This document shows, in pieces, positions 37,953-45,801 of a stretch of 64,000 nucleotides of DNA (positions are counted from its first letter, which is position 1; every line of letters starts with the position of its first letter). The stretch spans positions 1 through 64,000 of the forward strand of contig JAZDKB010000053.1 in NCBI GenBank assembly GCA_043803405.1. Reading direction: 5' to 3'. The translations under genes were made by a program, and so were the position numbers. Source of the DNA: Spirochaetota bacterium (GTDB lineage Bacteria; Spirochaetota; UBA4802; JAFGDQ01). The notes beneath the pieces are model-generated. The model did no database searches. It was not told the DNA's origin and saw only the letters and a list, made by a program, of their open reading frames with translations.

Positions 37953-38481
37953 TTCAGCCCCCTAACCCCCAAAGGGGGCATAATTGGGAAGGTCTGGATA
38001 GTAAGTCATTATTACCAGATGAAAGGAATGTTGCAAAACAATGAACAAAGGAGTAAAAACGCCTGATTATATAATACAGTTGGCCAGAGATATGAGAAAT
38101 AATATGACCATTGCTGAAAAGAAGTTATGGTCGGCTATAAATAAGAAACAGATTGATGGCTTTAAATTTAGAAATCAGCATCCTGTAAATCGTTATATAC
38201 TTGATTTTTATTGCGATAATAAACAACTCGCTATTGAGGTTGATGGGGATGTTCATATTAAAAAGCAGGAAGATGATAAATATAGAGACGAATTTTTAAA
38301 TAGTCTGAGCATCAGAGTTTTACGTTTTAGCAATAATGATATTATGACTGATTTAGATACTGTTATAAATAAGATTAAAAAGGAATTATCTGCTTAATAG
38401 AAAATATTATCTAATAATAGCAGGATTTCTATTGAATAATGTTTTTCAGAATGTGCCCCCTTTGGGGGTTAGGGGGCCGAA
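37953..38481. mobile_element. Family-A element carrying a DUF559 endonuclease gene (candidate autonomous copy)
   Basis: 28-bp IR TTCAGCCCCCTAACCCCCAAAGGGGGCA (37953-37980)/TGCCCCCTTTGGGGGTTAGGGGGCCGAA (38454-38481), 1 mismatch, bracketing a single ORF. Confidence 0.8.
38041..38397 (+). CDS. DUF559 / Vsr-like endonuclease domain protein
   Basis: LARDMRNNMTIAEKKLW...GFKFRNQHPVNRYILDFYC...LAIEVDGDVH...DKYRDEFL...IRVLRFSN. Confidence 0.92.
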   Translation: MNKGVKTPDYIIQLARDMRNNMTIAEKKLWSAINKKQIDGFKFRNQHPVNRYILDFYCDNKQLAIEVDGDVHIKKQEDDKYRDEFLNSLSIRVLRFSNNDIMTDLDTVINKIKKELSA

Positions 38482-38631
38482 AGGGCAATTGCGATGTTAT
38501 GCAAGTATGTTTTTCCAAAAGCAAATAATAATAACAGATATTTAGCATGAGGCAGCCCTTGGGTGCAGGGTGGGAAGAAATATTAATAACGAAAATTCGA
38601 ATTACTAAATTATACTTCAGGAGATTACATA

Positions 38632-39981
38632 ATGGCGCTATCCGGAATTGAGATTTATAAAATGCTTCCGCAGACTAACTGCAAAGACTGCGGCGTACCG
38701 ACATGTCTTGCGTTTGCCATGAAGCTTGCTGCAGGCCAGGCAGAGCTCGATAAATGTCCTCATGTGTCAGCCGAATCCAGAGAAAAGCTTTCGAGTGCGT
38801 CAGCGCCCCCGGTTATTCCTGTGACAATAGGAGCAGGCGCGGATATTTTTAAAACAGGCGGCGAGACTGTGCTCTTTAGGCACGACAAGACATTCGTTAA
38901 TCCTACAGGCATTGCTGTTTTAGTATCAGATAAAATGAGCGATGCTGATGTTGACAGAAGGCTGAAGAATTTCAGAGAGCTGCAGTATGAGCGCGTGGGA
39001 CTTCATCTGAAGGCCGATCTTATAGCAATAAAATCCGAAAGCGGCGATGCGTCCGTTTTTGAAAAACTTATCGGTAAAGTAAAAGCTTCCGTGAATGCCG
39101 GGCTGATACTGATGAGCGATAAGACCGATGTTCTGAGCGCGGGCGTTAAGGCATGTGCAGAAAGAAAACCGCTTCTGTACGCAGCGACAAAAGAAAACGC
39201 AGAGGCGGTCGGCAACCTGGCAAAGGAAAACAAATGCGCTGTTGCCGTAAAAGGCAGCAGCATTGATGAAGTAATTGAGCTGACCACTAAACTTACAGGC
39301 ATGGGCATTAAGGAAATCGTGATCGATTCCGGATCGCGTACATTAAGAAAAGCGTTCGAAGAACAGATCATTATAAGGCGCGCTGCAATAAAGAAAGCCT
39401 TTCGGTCGCTTGGTTTCCCGACAATCACTTTCCCGTGCGAGATGACAAATGATCCTATGGAAGAAACGTTGATTGCCTCGACCTTTATTGCCAAGTACAG
39501 CGGCATTGTTGTGCTGTCCGGTCTTGAGGGGCACAGCCTGTTCCCGCTTCTGGTGCAGAGAATGAATATATTTACTGATCCCCAGCGGCCAATGGCAACC
39601 GAACAGGGCATATATCCGTTTAACAATCCGGACGAAAATTCGCCTCTGCTCATTACTTCGAATTTTTCGTTAACATATTTTATAGTGTCAGGCGAAATTG
39701 AAGGGAGCAGGGTGCCTTCATGGCTTTTGATTCTGGATACTGACGGATTATCCGTGCTAACAGCATGGGCAGCAGGCAAATTCGTTCCGGATATAATTGG
39801 CGCGTTCGTTAAAAAAAGCGGAATAACGGATAAGATAAAACACAGGTCGCTTGTTATACCCGGTTTTGTCGCATCAATAAGCGGCGAACTGGAAGAGGAG
39901 CTTTCCGGCTGGAAGATCACGATAGGCCCAAGAGAGGCGCAGCATATTCCGAAATTCCTTAAAGAATACAGAGCCGGATAA
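38632..39981 (+). CDS. acsC: Corrinoid iron-sulfur protein large subunit
   Basis: LPQTNCKDCGVPTCLAFA...CP [4Fe-4S] motif, ETVLFRHDK, FTDPQRP, TSNFSLTY, SVLTAWAAGKF. Confidence 0.96.
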   Translation: MALSGIEIYKMLPQTNCKDCGVPTCLAFAMKLAAGQAELDKCPHVSAESREKLSSASAPPVIPVTIGAGADIFKTGGETVLFRHDKTFVNPTGIAVLVSDKMSDADVDRRLKNFRELQYERVGLHLKADLIAIKSESGDASVFEKLIGKVKASVNAGLILMSDKTDVLSAGVKACAERKPLLYAATKENAEAVGNLAKENKCAVAVKGSSIDEVIELTTKLTGMGIKEIVIDSGSRTLRKAFEEQIIIRRAAIKKAFRSLGFPTITFPCEMTNDPMEETLIASTFIAKYSGIVVLSGLEGHSLFPLLVQRMNIFTDPQRPMATEQGIYPFNNPDENSPLLITSNFSLTYFIVSGEIEGSRVPSWLLILDTDGLSVLTAWAAGKFVPDIIGAFVKKSGITDKIKHRSLVIPGFVASISGELEEELSGWKITIGPREAQHIPKFLKEYRAG

Positions 39982-40025
39982 TGTATGTAAATTTACTAGT
40001 ATCCGGACTGGATAAATTCAAATTG

Positions 40026-40126
40026 ATTTTGCCACAGAGGCACGGAGTCACAGAGAAGACAAATTAATTATTTTTATAATAAAAACAAAGAAAAAACTCA
40101 GTTTCTCAGTGCCTCCGTGGTAAAAT
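40026..40126. repeat. GCCACAGAG-family inverted-repeat element
   Basis: ATTTTGCCACAGAGGCACGGAGTCACAGAG pairs with CTCAGTTTCTCAGTGCCTCCGTGGTAAAAT. Confidence 0.78.
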
Positions 40127-40173
40127 TTTTTCTGGATTGTCTTTAAGCAGCATAAATCAAAAGGAATAGAATA

Positions 40174-41058
40174 ATGTCATTCATCAGAATAGGCGAGAAT
40201 TTGAATGTTATGTCAAATGTACTCGGACCGGCAATGAAAGACAAAAATGCCAAACCTATTCAGGAAATGGCAGTGAGAGAAACTGAGGCCGGTGTAGATT
40301 ATATCGATGTGAATATTGGCCCTGCAAGGAAGGGCGGTCCGGAGATGATGGAATGGCTCGTAAAAATAATACAGGAAGTGACGGATGTCCCATTGTCGCT
40401 GGATACGACAAACATGGAGGCCACCGAAGCAGGCCTTAGAACAGCAAAAAATCCGCCATTAATTAATTCAATTTCACTTCAGTCCACAAGAATAGACGCT
40501 GGTTTAAAACTGGCAAAAAAATACGATGCCGATTTCATTGCACTTTTATGGAGCGACGACGGGATGCCGAGGGATGCAAATGAGCGCGCCATGCTAGCTG
40601 TAGACTTCATTCAGAAAGTGACGGATGCGGAAGTATCTACAGAGAAAATGTGGATCGATCCTATTCTTTCTCCCGTATCTGTGGATATTAATCAGCTGAA
40701 GGCTTGCGTGGAATTTGTGCGCATGCTCCAGGATATTGCTCCCGGTATAAAATCAACCTGCGGTTTATCGAATATATCGAATGGAGTCCCGGGCGAGCTA
40801 AGAACTTATCTTAATATTCCATACTCGATCATGCTTATGAAAAGCGGGCTTACTTCTGCCATTGTGGATGCGTTTGATGATAAACTGACTGACGTTGTGA
40901 ATGGCAGAAATACTGCATTGATCGATCTCATAGAAAAAGTTGCAGGAGGCGTAAAGGTCAGCACAGGCGGTTTATCAGCAGAGGAAATTAAATATATTAA
41001 AAGCGCAAAGGTTCTCACAGGCGAGACGCTGTTTTCCAATTCATGGCTGGAAATATAA
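40174..41058 (+). CDS. acsE: Methyltetrahydrofolate:corrinoid methyltransferase
   Basis: Pterin-binding barrel IGENLN, IDVNIGP, LSLDTTN, LINS, IDP, GLSNISNG, in the acs cluster. Confidence 0.88.
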   Translation: MSFIRIGENLNVMSNVLGPAMKDKNAKPIQEMAVRETEAGVDYIDVNIGPARKGGPEMMEWLVKIIQEVTDVPLSLDTTNMEATEAGLRTAKNPPLINSISLQSTRIDAGLKLAKKYDADFIALLWSDDGMPRDANERAMLAVDFIQKVTDAEVSTEKMWIDPILSPVSVDINQLKACVEFVRMLQDIAPGIKSTCGLSNISNGVPGELRTYLNIPYSIMLMKSGLTSAIVDAFDDKLTDVVNGRNTALIDLIEKVAGGVKVSTGGLSAEEIKYIKSAKVLTGETLFSNSWLEI

Positions 41059-41672
41059 AACAAAATAATTACGAGACAGCATATAACGAAGCTGCTGGCA
41101 ATCTGCTGCATAAAGATTTAACTGATGTGGCAGCTAAGAGCGGAGCCAGCCTGTCTAACCAGTCCGGATCAACATGCCTGGAAGTCCTGTTTTTTAATGA
41201 TATAATAATTATAACGCACCCGCAGGTTACATTAAAATATAAATCCAAAAATTCAGAAGTCAGCATGTGGGCAAGGATATTGCTGTTGCATTATTTAACC
41301 CAGGCAAAAGGAACCCCTACTACAGGCGAGCAAATCACTTTTAAACAGGTTCCCGGCGGCCTCGGTTATTATCCTGCCTTTAAGAGAAGAACAATAAATC
41401 CTTTGTTAAAAATTTTCGGAAATAATTTACAGGGGTTTGCCGCTGCTGCAGAAAGACTTGGCGGTATAAGATCGGATATCAGTAAATATTCTTTTCTTTT
41501 TAAGATATTTCCAAGGGTGTCTGTTCTGTTTACTTTATGGGAAGGCGACGAGGAGTTCCCGGCAGACGGCAATATTGTTTTTGATTCGTCAATTACAGAC
41601 TATCTGACTTCAGAAGATATTGCAGTCATGTGCAATATGAGTGCTTTAATGATTGTAAAAGAAGGACGTTAA
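41043..41672 (+). CDS. DUF3786 domain protein
   Basis: ILLLHYL...ITFKQVPGGLGYYPAF...FPRV...LWEGDEEFPA...FD...EDI. Confidence 0.85.
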   Translation: MAGNIKQNNYETAYNEAAGNLLHKDLTDVAAKSGASLSNQSGSTCLEVLFFNDIIIITHPQVTLKYKSKNSEVSMWARILLLHYLTQAKGTPTTGEQITFKQVPGGLGYYPAFKRRTINPLLKIFGNNLQGFAAAAERLGGIRSDISKYSFLFKIFPRVSVLFTLWEGDEEFPADGNIVFDSSITDYLTSEDIAVMCNMSALMIVKEGR

Positions 41673-41693
41673 AAAAATATAGAGAGTAATGAA

Positions 41694-42449
41694 ATGAAAA
41701 TCGCGATCTCAGGAAAAGGCGGCGTAGGTAAAACAACACTGGCAGGCCTTTTGAGTTATTATCTCGCAGGAAAAGGCAATCGTGTTATTGCAGTGGACGC
41801 GGACCCTGACGCGAACCTTGCTTCCGCGCTCGGCATAGACAGCAGTAATATTGTCCCCATTGCGGAAATGGAATCGCTCATTGAAGAGCGTACGGGAGCG
41901 AAACCAGGCTCATCCGGCGCGCTCTTTAAGATCAATCCTAAGGTCGATGATCTGCCTGAGAAGCTGTGGGTAGAGAAAGACAATATACGCCTTATGGTGA
42001 TGGGGACTGTAAAAAAGGGCGGGGGCGGATGTATTTGTCCTGAGAGCACATTGCTTAAAAATCTTATTTCTCATCTTGTCCTGTTCAGAAACGAAGTTGT
42101 TATTCTGGACATGGAAGCTGGGATAGAGCATTTAGGCAGAGCTGTCGCTTCGTCAGTAGATATTCTTATTGTTGTTGTAGAACCCGGCAAAAGAAGCATT
42201 GAAACAGCAAAGCATATAAAAACTTTAGCCAATGATATAGGGATAACAAGACTGGCAGTAGTGGGAAATAAAATACGGAAAAAAAGCGACGAGGATTTCA
42301 TATCGGGGAGTTTAAAGGAATTGAAAATACTGGGATATCTTCCCTATGACGAAGCTTTGATTGAATCTGACATGAAAGGATTCCAGGCTCCATCTAAATA
42401 CTCGACCCAAATAAACGATATTTTACAAAAAATTGCTGCTGAGTCCTAG
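41694..42449 (+). CDS. cooC: CooC-type nickel-insertion ATPase (second copy)
   Basis: MKIAISGKGGVGKTT, DADPDANL, GGGCICPE, DMEAGIEHLGR. Confidence 0.93.
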   Translation: MKIAISGKGGVGKTTLAGLLSYYLAGKGNRVIAVDADPDANLASALGIDSSNIVPIAEMESLIEERTGAKPGSSGALFKINPKVDDLPEKLWVEKDNIRLMVMGTVKKGGGGCICPESTLLKNLISHLVLFRNEVVILDMEAGIEHLGRAVASSVDILIVVVEPGKRSIETAKHIKTLANDIGITRLAVVGNKIRKKSDEDFISGSLKELKILGYLPYDEALIESDMKGFQAPSKYSTQINDILQKIAAES

Positions 42450-42613
42450 AATCTTCTGAGCAGAAATTCTATTTCTTTTTTATCCCTGGCATTCTTACCG
42501 GAATTGATGAGGGATTTTTTCAGCTTTTCGAGTAATTCTTTTTTTTCTGATAATGTCTTTTCGCTGTTGTGCTGATTTTTTTTCCCATTTGTGGTTTTTG
42601 GGTCCGAAGCCAT
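42446..42613 (-). CDS. Small basic hypothetical protein
   Basis: ATG 1 nt after the helicase stop, filling the gap to the convergent cooC; no clear RBS. Confidence 0.35.
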   Translation of the reverse strand: MASDPKTTNGKKNQHNSEKTLSEKKELLEKLKKSLINSGKNARDKKEIEFLLRRF

Positions 42614-42614
42614 A

Positions 42615-44225
42615 TCAGCTTTTCTTTTTATTACTTTCTTTTGCAAGTAATTCGGCACTTGGGATAAAATTTGCGCCGTATTTCTTTTTATAATATTCCA
42701 TGCGTTCCTGTACAGTTCCTTTCCTGTCCGCTTTTATTTTAACAGAAAGTTTGTTCTTTTTAGAACTCCTGAGATTTATAAATGCCAGCGCCTTTTGAAA
42801 GATGTTCATTCTTTTCTTAGCCGGAGATGGAACAGTATTTTGCTGTTCTACTGAAATATTCCTTTGCCTTTTTTGGGAAATATTTCTGGCAACTGTCCTG
42901 GAAGATACTTCGGCGCGTTCGTTAGCGTATACCTTCTCTTTTGCTTTCAGCTTATTGCGGACTCCGGGCTCTTTCAGTGTGAGCGATTTTTTAGCGTGCG
43001 CAGGCCTGCTTGCTTTGTGAGGCTGGTTACGCCTTTCCGAATCTTCCCTGCCAGGTTTTTCAAGGTAGAAGTGCATGCCTGCGCTTTTATCTTTAACAAA
43101 CATATCTTCGTCAGCCTGGACCACCGGTATTTTAAACTTGGTAAAAGCTTCGATCGCTTCCAGCCCGTACACATATTTCTCGCACGCAAGCGAAATTGCT
43201 TTACCCGATTTACCCGCACGCGCCGTTCTGCCTATCCTGTGAACGTAATTTTCACAGTCTTCGGGCAGATCGTAATTGATTACTAAATCGAGGTCGTCAA
43301 TATGAAGGCCGCGCGCCGCAACTTCTGTAGCAACCAGATATTTAATATTGCCCGATTTTACTTTTTCTATTATTCTAAGTCTTTTGCTCTGAGGAAGATC
43401 GCCCATTATGTACTGGCATTTTATTCCGTTGAATTCCAGCCTTCTGCAGACTTCGTGGGCTGTTCTCTTCATATTGGTAAATATGAGCGCGTTCTTGGGC
43501 TGCTCCTTTTTAAAAATGCCGAGTAACAGCTTTATTTTTTCATCCTTGCCTACGTGATACAGTTCCTGTTGAATTTTATCTACTACAATCGTATCCGGAG
43601 TTATCTGTACTTCAGCAGGATCATTCATGTATTTCCATGCCAGGTCTCTGACACGCGAATTCAGAGTGGCGCTAAAGAGCATCGTTATCCGGTCAGGGCC
43701 TTTCGGCATATTGACCATCATCCTTTGCAGATCCGGAAGGAAACCCATATCAAACAGGCGGTCCGCTTCATCTATTATAAGAATCCCTATATCCTGAAAA
43801 TGCAGTTTACCCTGCTCGCTGAAATCGATAAGCCTTCCAGGCGTGCCGATAATTACATCTACGCCGTCGGAAAGCATCTTTTCCTGCTCTGTATATCCTA
43901 CTCCGCCGTAAAAACAGCCGATTGAAAACTTTAAATATTTGCCTATTAATTTTGCTTCTTCTTCAATTTGAACTGCAAGTTCCCTGGTGGGAGCAACAAT
44001 AAGTGTTTTTTTATGTTTTAATGAATCATCTTCCAGAAATAACTGAAAGATCGAGACAAGAAAAGCACAGGTTTTGCCTGTCCCTGTCTGGGATTGAACG
44101 CATACATCTTTTTTCTTAAGGGTTTGCGCGAACGTTGCTTCCTGCACAGGCGTGCATTCGATATATCCGGCAGAATTAATGCCTTTGAGAAGATCCTTAT
44201 TTAAATTAAGCTCGGTAAAGTCCAT
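42615..44225 (-). CDS. DEAD-box RNA helicase (RhlB-like)
   Basis: Q motif, QTGTGKT, PTRELA, GTPGRL, DEAD, SAT, ARGLHI, HRIGRTAR; basic C-terminal tail. Confidence 0.95.
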   Translation of the reverse strand: MDFTELNLNKDLLKGINSAGYIECTPVQEATFAQTLKKKDVCVQSQTGTGKTCAFLVSIFQLFLEDDSLKHKKTLIVAPTRELAVQIEEEAKLIGKYLKFSIGCFYGGVGYTEQEKMLSDGVDVIIGTPGRLIDFSEQGKLHFQDIGILIIDEADRLFDMGFLPDLQRMMVNMPKGPDRITMLFSATLNSRVRDLAWKYMNDPAEVQITPDTIVVDKIQQELYHVGKDEKIKLLLGIFKKEQPKNALIFTNMKRTAHEVCRRLEFNGIKCQYIMGDLPQSKRLRIIEKVKSGNIKYLVATEVAARGLHIDDLDLVINYDLPEDCENYVHRIGRTARAGKSGKAISLACEKYVYGLEAIEAFTKFKIPVVQADEDMFVKDKSAGMHFYLEKPGREDSERRNQPHKASRPAHAKKSLTLKEPGVRNKLKAKEKVYANERAEVSSRTVARNISQKRQRNISVEQQNTVPSPAKKRMNIFQKALAFINLRSSKKNKLSVKIKADRKGTVQERMEYYKKKYGANFIPSAELLAKESNKKKS

Positions 44226-44389
44226 TATTACATTTAAACAGATTACAACAATCTTTATATATTATGGTGCGTCAGCAATATTATTAAATCTTAATAACTA
44301 TATGCCAAAATTTAAGGAAAGTCCATTAAAATACTTAAGTCAAGAATAAAAAACCGGATTTATAAAATATTAACCTGTTTTTTTAGTAT

Positions 44390-45721
44390 TTAATCCAGCG
44401 AGTGATTAAAATTGACTGAAACCGATGTATCTTCCCTGCTGAATCCATAATAGAAATGCACAATAGTATTTTTATTCCAGGCGATCACCAGGCCTCCGCC
44501 GTAACCCAGTTTATAGTCATTTATACGCGGATCGGTAAACGGATCTCCTGCTTTGTCGTAAACATTACCTGTATCTGCAAATCCGACTGCCTTAATGTTG
44601 AATTGCTGTCCGGATAATGAGAACTTACAAAAACTATAGCGGATTTCGATGTTGCCCATGGTCATTGTGGGCCCTAAAAAACGATCCTGCTGGTACCCGC
44701 GCAGGGTTCTGAATCCTCCCAAACCGTTAAACCTGTTATAGAAAAAGCTGAACGAATTCATTTCATAAAACGGAACATCGCCATTAGCGTCAGTATATGC
44801 TATTCTGCCTGTCACAACAAATGATCTGAATAAAGTTACATACATTCTTGCCCCGGCAGTCGATCTGTTGAAATTATAAGCGGAACCGGTGGTTTTACTG
44901 TTTAAGTCGAATACATAATCTATATAAGCGCCTCTATTCGGATCAGGTTCAAAATCGCGTGTATCCCAGGCAATCCCTGCGCGCGCAAAGTTAGTCCAGC
45001 CTCCGCTATAGCCCTCCGGGCGTACAGTGCTAAGCAAAGTAGGCATAGTTTGCGTGTAAGAGTCATTGTCAAAAATCCCCAGCCTGAATTTCCTGCCGTC
45101 CCACGGATCAATGTCGGCATACCGGAAACGGACGCCAAAAAGCAGTTTTATATCCTGCAAAATATCTCTGTAAAAGTCTGCGCTGTATTCAGGTGCTGTA
45201 ATCGTGTACTTATTATATTTGTAATTTGAATAATTATTCGTTTTCAAAAAGCGGCTTTCATAATCGCGGTAAGTGGAATATTTATTGCCGTTAGAGTCTG
45301 TAAGCTTTTGACTTGCTGCATAAGCGCCGGTTCCGTAAAAGTTCGCATTAAGTCTTTCTTCGTAAATAAACGATGTTTTTAACCGGAAACCGGTATTGAA
45401 AATATTAAAAGAATTAAGATTTAATTCATGATATTGATAGCCTTTTGTAGTGCTGAAGTACTGACAGTATATTTGAGTATTATAAGGGATATTGACAAAG
45501 TCCGGATCCGATCTGCTGCCGTTATTGTAAAAATAAAAACGCAGTCCGTATCCGACTCCGTCGTCGCTGGAGAAGTTTACGAGCGGAATCCCTGTAATGT
45601 AATTGCCTTCCCGTTTTTCCGCAATGTCTTCATCGTTCAGCCTGGCAAGTAAAAATGAATTATAAGCAAGTATAAATATTATACGGATTATTAGGAAAGA
45701 AAATTTTGTAATATATTTCAT
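44390..45721 (-). CDS. Omp85/BamA-TamA family outer membrane protein (no POTRA domains evident)
   Basis: DTRDFEPDPNRG, GLGGFRTLRGY..DRF, FADTGNV, GYGGGL. Confidence 0.85.
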   Translation of the reverse strand: MKYITKFSFLIIRIIFILAYNSFLLARLNDEDIAEKREGNYITGIPLVNFSSDDGVGYGLRFYFYNNGSRSDPDFVNIPYNTQIYCQYFSTTKGYQYHELNLNSFNIFNTGFRLKTSFIYEERLNANFYGTGAYAASQKLTDSNGNKYSTYRDYESRFLKTNNYSNYKYNKYTITAPEYSADFYRDILQDIKLLFGVRFRYADIDPWDGRKFRLGIFDNDSYTQTMPTLLSTVRPEGYSGGWTNFARAGIAWDTRDFEPDPNRGAYIDYVFDLNSKTTGSAYNFNRSTAGARMYVTLFRSFVVTGRIAYTDANGDVPFYEMNSFSFFYNRFNGLGGFRTLRGYQQDRFLGPTMTMGNIEIRYSFCKFSLSGQQFNIKAVGFADTGNVYDKAGDPFTDPRINDYKLGYGGGLVIAWNKNTIVHFYYGFSREDTSVSVNFNHSLD

Positions 45722-45801
45722 TTATAGCACAATTTTTAATCTGCTGAAAAAAGCTCAAAGCAAAATTCACACTAAGTCGGCCGCTGAAATGTGTTATGGA
45801 T

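Noticed and set aside
39003..39920. Long antisense ORFs opposite acsC (also 36087-36953 opposite acsB and others)
   Set aside because: Shadow frames of well-supported genes; no RBS or recognisable motifs.
28814..42449. Wood-Ljungdahl cluster as a tRNA-integrated genomic island
   Set aside because: The cluster lies on the 5' side of the tRNA, and I found no integrase or duplicated tRNA 3' end.
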